IMG/VR virus record: IMGVR_UViG_3300013104_000038
Span: 1-42,516 of that record
Source: a virus
Reading direction: 5' to 3' (one strand)
Length of the DNA: 42,516 nt
Both the position numbers and the translations under genes were made by a program. Positions 7,745-17,400 of this stretch are shown piece by piece (the stretch's first letter is position 1; each line of letters starts with the position of its first letter). The notes below the pieces were generated by a model. That model saw only the letters and a list, made by a program, of their open reading frames with translations, did no database searches and had not been told where the DNA came from.

Positions 7745-9040
7745 ATGAACATTTTCAACCTTTTCGCCCTCGGCATCCGCCGCGGCGAGCAGTCCGGCAA
7801 GATCAAGCACACCGGCTACCGCGTCGGCCGCAAGGATGGCGTCGATCCCGAGCAGTTGAAGACCGCCCTCGCGGCCGCGCTGGAAAAGCGGGATGCCGAG
7901 ATCAAGGGCCTGGTCACCAAGTCGAACGAGGAAATCGAGAAGCTGGGTAAGGCCAGCAAAGAGACGATCGAGGCACTGCAAAAGGCGGCGACCGAGGGCG
8001 TGGCCCTGCGGGAGCGCCTGAATGGCGTCGAGCAGGAGATTGCCGAGATCAAGTCCATGAAGGGCACGGGCGACGCGCAGGCGCAGAAGTCGGCCGGCAC
8101 CCAGCTCTGCGAGTCCGAGGACTTCAAGAACTTCGCCGCGAAGGGCAAGGGTACGGCGGTCCTGCAGCTGAAGGCGGTCACCAGCGTCACCAGCGCCACG
8201 ACCGGCACGGGTGCTGCGGGCGGCGCCATCCAGCCGGATTGGCTGCCGGGCATCATCACGCCGGCGCTGCGCCCGTTCACCATCCGCGACCTGCTGATGC
8301 CGGGCCGCACCGGCTCGAACGTGGTGCGCTACGTTCGTGAGTCGGGCTTCCAGAACATGGCCGCCTCGGTGGCGGAAGCCGCGCTGAAGCCGCAGTCTGA
8401 TCTAAGCCTGACCCAGGTCGACACGGCAGTGAAGACCCTGGCCCATTGGCTGAAGGCGTCCAAGCAGATCCTCGCCGACGTGCCGATGCTGTCGAGCTAC
8501 ATCGACACCCGCCTGACCTACGGCCTGAAATATGTCGAGGAGACCCAGCTCTTGGCCGGCGACGGCACGGGCGAGAACCTGCTGGGTCTCATCCCGCAGG
8601 CGACCGCTTTCGACGACGCGCTGCGCTCGGCCGGCGACAACAAGATCGACACGTTGCGCAAGGCGATCCTGCAGGTCCGCATCGCCGAGTACCGCGCCAG
8701 CGGCATCGTGCTGAACCCGATCGACTGGGCGGATATCGAGCTGACCAAGAGCACCACGGGCGAGTACGTCTGGGTGAACGTCGGCACGGGCGCCAGCCCG
8801 CAGCTGTGGCGCTTGCCCGTCGTGGATACCAACGCGATCCCGGCCGGTCACTTCCTGGTCGGCGCGTTCAACATGGCGGCCCAGGTGTTCGACCGCGAAG
8901 ATGCCAACGTCCAAGTCTCGACCGAAGACGGCGACAACTTCGTCAAGAACATGGTGACGATCCGCGCCGAGGAGCGTCTGGCGCTGGTCGTGTACCGGCC
9001 GGAATCGTTCGTCTACGGTCCGTTCACCGCGGCCACCTGA
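7745..9040 (+). CDS. Major capsid protein (HK97 fold) with an N-terminal delta/scaffold-like coiled coil.
   Basis: 431 aa. Charged coiled-coil N-terminus followed by an HK97-type body. Position after the protease fits. Confidence 0.92.
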   Translation: MNIFNLFALGIRRGEQSGKIKHTGYRVGRKDGVDPEQLKTALAAALEKRDAEIKGLVTKSNEEIEKLGKASKETIEALQKAATEGVALRERLNGVEQEIAEIKSMKGTGDAQAQKSAGTQLCESEDFKNFAAKGKGTAVLQLKAVTSVTSATTGTGAAGGAIQPDWLPGIITPALRPFTIRDLLMPGRTGSNVVRYVRESGFQNMAASVAEAALKPQSDLSLTQVDTAVKTLAHWLKASKQILADVPMLSSYIDTRLTYGLKYVEETQLLAGDGTGENLLGLIPQATAFDDALRSAGDNKIDTLRKAILQVRIAEYRASGIVLNPIDWADIELTKSTTGEYVWVNVGTGASPQLWRLPVVDTNAIPAGHFLVGAFNMAAQVFDREDANVQVSTEDGDNFVKNMVTIRAEERLALVVYRPESFVYGPFTAAT

Positions 9041-9071
9041 TCTTCGCTGGCAGGAATGGGGATGTTGGAGG

Positions 9072-9095
9072 GCGGGGCGTCTTAGGGCGCCCCGC
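9072..9095 (+). terminator. Stem-loop after the capsid gene; possible attenuator.
   Basis: GCGGGGCG (9072-9079), 8-nt loop, CGCCCCGC (9088-9095). No clear U-tract. Confidence 0.45.
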
Positions 9096-9123
9096 TCACC
9101 TTCCAGCCAAGGAGAGTAGCGTC

Positions 9124-9324
9124 ATGCGCCATACGCACCAAGTCATCAAACCCTTCGATGCGACCGAGCGCGGCCGTATCGTCAATGCGGGCGAACTTTT
9201 CACGCCGGCCAGCGAGAGCCGCGGCAAGGAGCTGGAGCGTGCCGGCCTGATCGCCCCGCGCGCGAAGATGGTCCCCGCTGCCCCGCAGAACAAAGATGCG
9301 GCCAAGCAGCGGCGCAACAAATGA
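9124..9324 (+). CDS. Hypothetical small head-region protein (66 aa).
   Basis: AAGGAGAG lies 7 nt upstream of the ATG at 9124. Its stop overlaps the next ATG (ATGA). Confidence 0.6.
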   Translation: MRHTHQVIKPFDATERGRIVNAGELFTPASESRGKELERAGLIAPRAKMVPAAPQNKDAAKQRRNK

Positions 9325-9959
9325 GGATCGGCCTCGGGGTCATCACCTGCGGGCTACGGCCATTGCACGACCTGCTCGCGCCGCCCGGCGCCGTCCAGGT
9401 CACCTTTACCGATATGGGAAGGCGCGGGGTCGCATATTCCCGAAATGAAGTCCTGCGCCAGCTCTGGGCCGAGGGCTGCGACTACTTCTTTCTGTTCGAC
9501 GACGATTGCTACCCGGTCATGCCGGGCTGGGCCGAGTATTTCATCGCCCAGCACCACGAGTCAGGGCTCGATTTCCTCGGGCTGCCCGAGATTTTCAAGA
9601 GCAAGCTGCTCAGCACCACGGGGGAGATCCAGCTCTGGGACTCGGCGGTCGGTTGCTTTAGTTTCCAGACGCGGACGCTGATGGAGCGCGTCGGCTACTA
9701 CAACGAGGCCTACCGGACCTATGGGTACGAGGACACCGGCCGCAACGATCGCGTCCGGCGGGTGCTGGCGCTAGGTGGCTTCCCGTCCCCGGTGCGGGCC
9801 TCGGCTTATATCCATAGCCAGGACGTTTTCGGCGAGCACCCGACGCCGAACCTGAGCACCGAGGCGAAGACGGCGTGCATCGCGGCCAATCGCGGCGCAT
9901 GGCTGGCCGAACTCGGCTCGTCGCAGCTCTATTACCCGCACCCGAGGGCGCCGGCATGA
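9321..9959 (+). CDS. Glycosyltransferase, GT-A fold (GT2-like).
   Basis: DxD region FFLFDDDCYP and the GT2-like YGYEDTGRNDR motif. No transmembrane segment. ATGA overlaps at both ends. Confidence 0.8.
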   Translation: MRIGLGVITCGLRPLHDLLAPPGAVQVTFTDMGRRGVAYSRNEVLRQLWAEGCDYFFLFDDDCYPVMPGWAEYFIAQHHESGLDFLGLPEIFKSKLLSTTGEIQLWDSAVGCFSFQTRTLMERVGYYNEAYRTYGYEDTGRNDRVRRVLALGGFPSPVRASAYIHSQDVFGEHPTPNLSTEAKTACIAANRGAWLAELGSSQLYYPHPRAPA

Positions 9960-10867
9960 GCCATCTGGAGCTGCAGGGCAGCCCGGATACGTCCTGCGGT
10001 TATCACCGCATCTTCCTGCCTTTCCAGCAATTGAAGACCGACGTGAAGGTGCCGACGCTGGTCTTCAACCGCTCGGTGCCCGGCGGCGTCACGCAGCTGC
10101 GGCAAAAGCGCCGCGAGGGGTATCGCATCCTCGCGGACCTCGACGACTTCTGGGATTTGCCGCCGGATCACTACCTCTCGGCCAGCTGGATCGCTGCCGG
10201 TACGCCGGCCCGCATCCGCGCCTGCCTGGCAGAGGCCGACGTGGTGATGGTCACGAACGCGGAGCTGGCCGGGCACGTCGCGACGGTCAACGCCCGAGTG
10301 GTCATCGTGCCCAATGCGCTGCCCTTTGACTCGGGGCAATTCACCCAGGCCAGCGCCGAGCGGGCCGCTACCTTCGTCTATGCCGCGGGGCCGAGTCACC
10401 GCCCAGATGTGGCCCCGGTGGCGGCTGCCCTCGACTCCGAGTCGGTCGTTTTCGCCGGGCACGACGACCGGCATCCTGAATGGCAGCGCATCCGCCAATT
10501 GACGCCGCGCGCGGCTCGGCACCCACCGCGGCGGATCGGCGAGTACATGGGGTTGTATGACGGGCATCTCGCCGCGCTGGCGCCGCTGGCCGACAACCCG
10601 TTCAACCGCTGCAAGTCGAATCTGAAGATGCTCGAAGCCGGTGCCAAGGGCCTGCCGCTGCTGGCGTCCGACGTGCGGCCCTACCGTGAGCCCGGCGTGC
10701 TGCTGGCGCGGGACGTTGCCGGCTGGCAAGCCAACATGCGGACGTGCCTGGCGTACCCGCGGCTGGCGGCCGAGATGGGGGCTGCATTGGCGGCGCACGT
10801 TCGCGCCCACTTTCACCTCGATCAGGCGAACGCCATCCGCCGGCAAATCTTGGATAGCTTCCAATGA
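9956..10867 (+). CDS. Glycosyltransferase, GT-B fold (GT1/GT4-like).
   Basis: VVIVPNALPFD and the C-terminal NRCKSNLKMLEAGAKGLPLLASD resemble GT1-family donor-binding regions. I chose the internal ATG at 9956 for its ATGA coupling. Confidence 0.7.
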   Translation: MSHLELQGSPDTSCGYHRIFLPFQQLKTDVKVPTLVFNRSVPGGVTQLRQKRREGYRILADLDDFWDLPPDHYLSASWIAAGTPARIRACLAEADVVMVTNAELAGHVATVNARVVIVPNALPFDSGQFTQASAERAATFVYAAGPSHRPDVAPVAAALDSESVVFAGHDDRHPEWQRIRQLTPRAARHPPRRIGEYMGLYDGHLAALAPLADNPFNRCKSNLKMLEAGAKGLPLLASDVRPYREPGVLLARDVAGWQANMRTCLAYPRLAAEMGAALAAHVRAHFHLDQANAIRRQILDSFQ

Positions 10868-11397
10868 TCCATCACGTCGTGCCCTGGATGACCGGCAACA
10901 TCGGCGGCGGTTTGAACGCGGCGATCGCATTGCTGCCCGACGACGCGTGGATCTGCGTGCGCGACGGCGACACCCTGTTCCTGGCGCCGCAGTGGGGCAA
11001 GCAGATCGAGGCCATTGTGGAAGCTCAGCGCGAGCACTACGCGGTCATCGGCGCCATGACGAATCGCCTGCGCTCGCCCGAGCAGCTGCACGGGGGCCGG
11101 ATCAGCGAGGAAGCCGATATCGGCGTCCACATCGCCATCGCCAAGCAGCGCTGGAACGAATACGGCACGGCGGTGCGCCCGCTGCAGGACGTTGCCGCCG
11201 GCATGCTGATGATCTTCTCGAAGCAGTCGTGGCTGGCGCATCCGTTCGTCGAGCACTCGGTGCATTTCGATCGCCTCTTCTGCGAGGCGGCGCGCGCGGC
11301 TGGCGGCCGGATCGGCGTAGCACTTGGCGCGTACGTGTTCCACCTGTATCGTTGGGGGCATCCGAACCCCGCCTCCTACGTAGGGCATCTCGCATGA
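10864..11397 (+). CDS. Small glycosyltransferase-like protein (GT-A-like).
   Basis: WICVRDGDTLF is DxD-like. 177 aa, soluble. ATGA overlaps at both ends. Confidence 0.6.
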   Translation: MIHHVVPWMTGNIGGGLNAAIALLPDDAWICVRDGDTLFLAPQWGKQIEAIVEAQREHYAVIGAMTNRLRSPEQLHGGRISEEADIGVHIAIAKQRWNEYGTAVRPLQDVAAGMLMIFSKQSWLAHPFVEHSVHFDRLFCEAARAAGGRIGVALGAYVFHLYRWGHPNPASYVGHLA

Positions 11398-11876
11398 GCC
11401 TCGTCACGCTCGAACAAGCCAAGGCCCAGGGCCGCATTACGTGGACGAGCGAGGATACCCTGCTCCAGGCGTACCTCGATGCCGCCGAGCTGCACGCTTG
11501 CCGGTTTCTCAACCGGAACGTCTATGTCGACGCGACAGCGCTCGATACGGCCAAAGCTGCAGCGCCCACCGCACTCGGCACGGCCAAAGCGGCCTACGAT
11601 GCCGCCTACGCCGCATGGCAACTGCTGGACGCGGGCGACGTGGCGGATATCGCGCTCGAAAAGCTCAATCAGGATTGGGCCGAAGCCAAGCTCGCCGCGC
11701 GCATGACCTATTTCGGCATGGTCGCCAACGCTGCTTTCGTGCAGGCGATCGTACTGCTCGTCGCTGGCTGGGCGGTCAATCGCGAGTACGTCATCACCGA
11801 GCTGAGCAATGCGATCGAGCTGCCGATGGGCTTCACGGCGCTGCTGTTCCCGTTCCGCGTGCGGCAAGGAGTTTGA
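11394..11876 (+). CDS. Head-tail connector (gp6-like).
   Basis: The N-terminus MSLVTLEQAKAQGRI...DTLLQAYLDAAELHACRFLNR is typical of gp6-like connector proteins. Confidence 0.75.
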   Translation: MSLVTLEQAKAQGRITWTSEDTLLQAYLDAAELHACRFLNRNVYVDATALDTAKAAAPTALGTAKAAYDAAYAAWQLLDAGDVADIALEKLNQDWAEAKLAARMTYFGMVANAAFVQAIVLLVAGWAVNREYVITELSNAIELPMGFTALLFPFRVRQGV

Positions 11877-11877
11877 G

Positions 11878-12105
11878 ATGGCCGAGCAGAAAGTTCACGT
11901 TAAACTGACTGGGCACGGTCGCGGGCAGGTCTGGGTGGACGGCGTCGAGGTGAAAGTTCGCGCAGTCACCTTGAGCGCCGCGGTCGATACGGTCAACATC
12001 TGCACGATCGAACTTATTGCGGACTCAGCCGATGCGGAAGGTCTGTTCGAGGTAACAACGGTTGGAAGTTCCACACGCGAATATGCAAAAGGGAAGCCCG
12101 GCTGA
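11878..12105 (+). CDS. Hypothetical protein (75 aa).
   Basis: ATG 1 nt after the upstream stop. Lies within the head-tail joining block. Confidence 0.55.
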   Translation: MAEQKVHVKLTGHGRGQVWVDGVEVKVRAVTLSAAVDTVNICTIELIADSADAEGLFEVTTVGSSTREYAKGKPG

Positions 12106-12458
12106 TGCGCGCCGCCGGCCGCCGACAGCACGAGATCATCCTGGAGCAGCTCACCCAGAGCGGCACGGACGAATACGGCACGCCGATCACCTCGTGGACG
12201 GCGCTGCCGGCGGTTTGGGCGTCCATCGATCCGCCGAGCCTGCGGTCGATGCGCGGCGGGGGCGAGAAGATTCTGGCTGGTGCGGACACCGCGCTCGATC
12301 TCGTGCAAGTGACGTTGCACCCAGTGCCGGGCTTGGAGCCCGAGAAGTGGCGCTTCCGGTACGCCGGGCGTGTCTACGATATCAAGACGGCCCGGCTGAC
12401 GAATGACGGCTCCGAGTTGTCGCTGCTGGCCCTCATCGGAGCGTCCGATGGACTTTAG
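12105..12458 (+). CDS. Head closure / head-tail adaptor protein.
   Basis: 117 aa. Pattern EIILEQ...DEYGTPITSWTALPAVWASIDP...RFRYAGRVYDI is typical of the SPP1 gp16-like family. Confidence 0.75.
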   Translation: MRAAGRRQHEIILEQLTQSGTDEYGTPITSWTALPAVWASIDPPSLRSMRGGGEKILAGADTALDLVQVTLHPVPGLEPEKWRFRYAGRVYDIKTARLTNDGSELSLLALIGASDGL

Positions 12459-12867
12459 CTTCGAGACGCCGAACCTCGCCGTCTTCGAGCAGCATTTGCT
12501 GCGGATGGGCACGACGACCGCCCGCGCCGCCGGGCGCAAAGCGCTGCGGCAGGGCGCCAACGTCATCTTGCACGAATCGAGGCGCTTGGTGAAAGCGGGC
12601 CATCCGGCGTTCCCCGAGAAGGTCACCGGGCTCATGGCGCGTTCGCTCTATACGCACGACCGCGGCATCATGGGCGACAACATCGTTTTCAGCGTGGATC
12701 TGAAGCGGCTGGCGTTCTACGGTCGCTTCGTCGAGTTCGGCACGTCGCGTTCCAAAGCCTACCCGTTCATGCGACCGGCGGCGGAGCAAATGGCGCCGGA
12801 GGCGGTGCGGGTCATCGCCAACACGCTGCAGGGCATCATCGAACTGGAATGGAGCCGGCCGCTATGA
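12448..12867 (+). CDS. HK97 gp10-like tail-component protein.
   Basis: FVEFGTSRSKAYPFMRPA motif. Internal ATG at 12448. Confidence 0.72.
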   Translation: MDFSFETPNLAVFEQHLLRMGTTTARAAGRKALRQGANVILHESRRLVKAGHPAFPEKVTGLMARSLYTHDRGIMGDNIVFSVDLKRLAFYGRFVEFGTSRSKAYPFMRPAAEQMAPEAVRVIANTLQGIIELEWSRPL

Positions 12868-13199
12868 ACCTGGAGACGCAGATCGTCGCCGCGCTCACGC
12901 CGCTGGCGCCCACGACGCCGTTCGGCGATGCGGATCCGACCGTGAGCCCGCGGATCACCTACCAAATCGTGGCCGGCGGGTACAACGAGACCTTGCGCGG
13001 CGCCGGGCCATATCGCGGCCGCCGGCAGATCGACGTGTGGGCGCTGACCTATGCCGCCGCCCGTGGACTTGCCGATCAGGCTAAGGTAGCCTTGCGATCG
13101 GGGCTGAATGTCGGGGCCATTACTGACAATCCAGATGATTACGAAGCGGACACGAAACTCCATCGCGTCAGCTTCGACGTGGCAGCCTGGCTCTCTTAA
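12864..13199 (+). CDS. Tail completion/terminator-like protein (DUF3168-like).
   Basis: 111 aa. ATGA coupling and position before the major tail protein. Confidence 0.6.
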   Translation: MNLETQIVAALTPLAPTTPFGDADPTVSPRITYQIVAGGYNETLRGAGPYRGRRQIDVWALTYAAARGLADQAKVALRSGLNVGAITDNPDDYEADTKLHRVSFDVAAWLS

Positions 13200-13217
13200 C
13201 CCACCGAGGACTTCGAC

Positions 13218-13763
13218 ATGAAATTGCTCTCCTACATCTACGCCATGATCGTTCTGGCCCTCGTGATGCTCGTCGAGCTGATCGTCGGCAAGCCGTCGCA
13301 TATCGTGCGCCACACCGGCCTGCGTTATGGCACCAAGAATGATGCGGTCAGCACCCAGGGCTTCCTGCTGGAAGTCAGTGTTGACGACGGGACGACTTAT
13401 CTGGAAGTCAGTCAGAATACTGATATCCCCGACGTTTCTCAGGAAGCTTCGGACCTGGACGCGACCAATTTGCAGTCGACCGCCAAGGAGTACATTGCGG
13501 GCCTGCAGGACAGCCAATCGGTGACCCTGACCGGCCAGCGTGTCGTGCTCAGCGAGGGCCAGAATGCGCTGCGCGACAATGCCGGCGCGACCAGCACCTT
13601 CAAGTTCCGCAATACCTATTCGGACGGCTCGATCCTCTCCTACTCGGCGACGATCAAGAAGTTCGGCGTGACCGGCGGCACCGACGCGGTGATGATGTTC
13701 ACCGCGACCATCCGCCCGTCCGGCGCGCAGGTCTGGAGCGGTACGGGCGCCCCGACCACCTGA
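13218..13763 (+). CDS. Major tail (tube) protein with an unusual hydrophobic N-terminal extension.
   Basis: GAGGA lies 7 nt upstream of the ATG. The body from about residue 45 (QGFLLEVSVDDGTTYLEV...DATNLQSTAKEYIAGLQD) is tail-tube-like. A hairpin follows. Confidence 0.72.
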   Translation: MKLLSYIYAMIVLALVMLVELIVGKPSHIVRHTGLRYGTKNDAVSTQGFLLEVSVDDGTTYLEVSQNTDIPDVSQEASDLDATNLQSTAKEYIAGLQDSQSVTLTGQRVVLSEGQNALRDNAGATSTFKFRNTYSDGSILSYSATIKKFGVTGGTDAVMMFTATIRPSGAQVWSGTGAPTT

Positions 13764-13776
13764 TCCTTCGCGACGA

Positions 13777-13796
13777 TCCGGCCCTTCGGGGCCGGA
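13777..13796 (+). terminator. Hairpin after the major tail gene; terminator or attenuator.
   Basis: TCCGGCCC-TTCG-GGGCCGGA (8-bp stem, tetraloop) followed by GTTCTATT. Confidence 0.55.
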
Positions 13797-13828
13797 GTTC
13801 TATTACCTTCCCCTGACCGGAATCCGAC

Positions 13829-14239
13829 ATGACTCGTCTCACGCGCGACCAGCTGCTCGCCGCAGCCCAGAATTTGGCCACCGTCCCGGTGCCCTGCCCC
13901 GAGCTGGGCGGCGATGTGGTGCTCACCATGCTCACCGCTAACGCCAAGATCGACTGGGCGGCCGAGGCGTATCCCGACGGCAAAGTGGACATGAAGCAGT
14001 ACACCTTCGGTCTGCTCGCGCGCTCGATCCTCGACGACAAGGGCGTTCCGATGCTCACCGCCGAGGAGATCGGCAGTTTCGGGGATGACCTGGTGCTGCG
14101 GTTGCACGCGGCGGCCTCCAAGCTCAACGCCATCGGCGCGCAAGAGGTCACCAAGACCGAGGGAAAATCCGACGCGGCCCCGGCTTCGCCTGGCGATTCC
14201 AACTCGCTTGGCGACTCGGATACCCCCATCCCGACCTGA
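13829..14239 (+). CDS. Tail assembly chaperone (gpG-like).
   Basis: 136 aa with an acidic C-terminus. Lies between the tube and tape-measure genes. Confidence 0.75.
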   Translation: MTRLTRDQLLAAAQNLATVPVPCPELGGDVVLTMLTANAKIDWAAEAYPDGKVDMKQYTFGLLARSILDDKGVPMLTAEEIGSFGDDLVLRLHAAASKLNAIGAQEVTKTEGKSDAAPASPGDSNSLGDSDTPIPT

Positions 14240-14430
14240 TGCTGGCGGGACTCAGCTCGACACAATTGGCCGAGATGGAGGCGTACAGCGCGATCGAGGC
14301 GGACCCAGAGGGCGAGGAAAAGCGGCAGGCGCGCAAGCAGCAGGAGGAAGCGGATCGGCTGGCGAGGCAGAAAAACGTCTTCATCAATGCAGTAAAGGAA
14401 TCAGCCGATGGCAACCGTAGCGACGCTTGA
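13829..14430 (+). CDS. Tail assembly chaperone G-T fusion (about 200 aa), made by a -1 frameshift at 14161-14167.
   Basis: The downstream ORF (14239..14430) is in the -1 frame relative to G and overlaps the tape-measure start. Confidence 0.6.
14161..14167 (+). promoter_or_regulatory. Programmed -1 ribosomal frameshift slippery heptamer G_GGA_AAA.
   Basis: The heptamer is in the X_XXY_YYZ register of the G frame. I checked by hand that the -1 frame stays open from here to 14430. Confidence 0.65.
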
Positions 14431-17400
14431 CACTGTAATGCGGCTCAATTCCACGGCCTTCCGGCAGGGAATGGTGCAGGCCGCGGCGCAGGCCAACTCG
14501 TCGCTCTCCTCGATCAGCAAGAAAGCCAGCGAGACGGCCAGTGTGCTGCTCTCGCTGAAGCGGGCCGCCGAGACCTTCGGCAGCTTCTACCTGCTCAAGC
14601 AGGGCCTCGGCTCGCTGCTCGAAGCGCAAGTCCAGCTGCAGGCCATCCACTACACCCTGATCGCCGCCACCGGCTCCTCGACGAAGGCTGCCGACGCCTT
14701 CAAGTTCGTGAGCGATGAGTCGGCCAAGCTCGGCCTGATCCTGCCGGATGCCGCCCAAGGCTTCGCCAACCTCTCGGCGTCGGCCACCGCGGCCGGCGTG
14801 AGCATGAAGGACCAGCAGCAGCTTTTCGACGCCTACGCCAAGTCGGCAACGTCGCTGCATCTGAGCACTGTGCAATCGAATCGGGCGCTGCTGGCGTTGG
14901 AGCAGATGTTCGCCAAGGGTAAGATCCAGGCCCAGGAGTTGCGTCTGCAGCTCGGCCAGGCCATCCCCGGTGCGGCGCAGCGCTTCCAGAACGCGGTCAT
15001 GGGAATGACCAAGGGCACCGACCTAGCCGGCAAGTCCTTCGACCAGCTGCTCGAAGCCGGTGCGCTTACCACGTCGAAGTTCCTGCCGGCGCTCGTCACT
15101 GCGCTGCAGCAGTCGGGGCGCGGCTGGGAACAGGCGAGCGAGGGCCTGAACGCCAACCTCAATCGAGTGCAGACCGCTTGGTTCAACCTCAAGACCGAGA
15201 TCACTAATGGCCTGTTCACCGACGTGGCGACGGCCGGTGCTGGCGCGCTCGCGGACAACCTCTCGCGCATCGCCGGGCTCATCACCCTGATCGGTGCCGG
15301 CGGCCTCGCCAAGATCAGCGGCACGGCGCTCGGCTCGGGGGCGGATCGGGTAACGCGGTTGCAGCAGGAGTACCAAGGCGCCCGGATGGCCGCCGCCGCC
15401 GAGGCGGCCTACGCCAAGAAGATCGCCGACACTGCCGTCCAAGAGGCGGCGCTGGCGGCAACGCAGAAGAAAATGCTGGCGGATCGGCAGGCGGCCAGCG
15501 CCGCCTTGATTGCCGAGAACCAGCAGATCAAGTTCAACGCGCAAGCCCAGGTTGACTCGGCACTGGCGCTGCAGGTCAAGCAAAAGGCACTGGGCGCCGC
15601 GGCGCAGTCGGCGATGGTGCTGGAGGCTGCAGAGGAGCGTCTCGGCGTGGCGCTGGCGGCCCAAGCGCAGGCGCAGGCCCGGGTCAACGCGGAGATGGCT
15701 TTGGCCGGCCCGTTGTCCGCCAAGTACGCCGCGGCGCAGGGTCGCTTGGCGGTTGCCGAGACGGCTGTCGCTACGGCGCAAGCCCGAGTGGCCGAGACCC
15801 GGGCGGCAGAAGCGGCGCTCGGCGGCTTTGCGGCCGCAGCCGGACGCGCGGCGAAATCCTTCGGCGCTTTTGCCCTGTCGCTAGTCGGCGGTCCTTGGGG
15901 CCTGGCCGTCGCGGCGATTGGCGGATTGGGCTATGCGATCTATTCGGCGAACAAGCGGTGGGGCGAGTACATCGCCAAGGCAGACGAGGTTGCCAGGGCC
16001 AACGAGGACGTAACGGCGACGCTGAAAGACCTCGCCTCGGCCTACGCCAGCGTGAATACTCGGCCCGACGCGGGTGCCCTAAAAGCGGGCTTGGATAGCG
16101 CGGGGGAAGCCGCCGGGAAGGCCCGCAAGGAACTGGACGACCTGATCGCCAAGCGAGCCGAGCTGCAGGATCAGCGTGATCGTTCGACCGCGCGCGGCGG
16201 CCTGGGGTTCCTGATCGACCCGAAGATCGGCGAGCTGGACGCGAAGATCGCGCACGCGCGGTCGACGATGGACGACCTCACCGCCGCGGCCTCTCAGACG
16301 CAAGCGGAGCTGGTTGCCGAGCTGACGCCGGCCATCCTGAATAGCGCGAACCCCGCACTCGATTTCCTGGCGACGAAGGTCTATGGCGCGCGGGATGCGC
16401 TGGCCGCGCTGCACAATCTCGCTTCGCTGCCGAGCATGTTTCAGGACTTCATCCCGCAGGCGATCGAGGCAAGCAAAGCGTTCAAGGCGTACACCGCGGC
16501 CACGGATGCCTCGACGGCAGCGGCGCTGAAATCCATCCAGACGCACGGCAAGTCGAACGAAGGGCTCGCGCAGGTACGATACGAAGTGCTGCAGTCCTCG
16601 GCGGCCTACCAGAACATGACGGCCGACCAGAAAGCCGCGGCCAAAGCCGCCTATGAGTCGGACGCGGCGCTGGGCCGCGGATTGGATGCGCTGGCGAACA
16701 AGACCAAAACGCGCAAGACCGGCATCGACCAAGAGGCCGAGGCGTACAAGTCGCTCATCGCCCAGATCAATTCCCGCATCCAGCAGGACAAGGAAGCCGC
16801 CGCTTCGACCAGTACGCTGACCGAGGCGCAGCGGTTGCAGATCAAGGTGCAGGAGGAGTTCAAGGTCGGCAAGACCAAGCTCACCGCGGCGGATCAGGAG
16901 CGCGCCAAGCAGCTGCTCGCTACCGCGGTGGCGCAGAGTCTCGTGACGCGCGCGACGCTGCAGCAGCGCGATGCGGACAAGGCGCTGCTCGACCTCGACA
17001 GGCAGCTCGCCGAGCAGGCGCAGCAGCAGGCACGCACGAACGCGCGGGTGCTCGAAGGCATCGGGCACGGCTCGCAGTGGAACGAGCAGCGCGCCGGCAT
17101 CGAGTCGATCCAGGACGCCTACCGACGGCAGCGCGAAGAGGCCGACAAAGCCTACGAATCGGCGAAGCTGCAGCAGGGCGCCAGCGTTATTCTCGACAAC
17201 CAGCATGCTGCCGCGCTGGGCAAGATCACCGCGGCCGAGCAGGAGGCCATCGCCGCCCAGCAGCAGTTCTATGACGCGCAGAAAGCGGCGAATGCCGATT
17301 GGAGCAAGGGCTTCCAGTCAGGCATCGAGAACTTCATGACCGAGCAGCAGAACAACGCGGCCGCCGCGCAGCAGATGGTTTCCGATTTGACCACCGGGTT

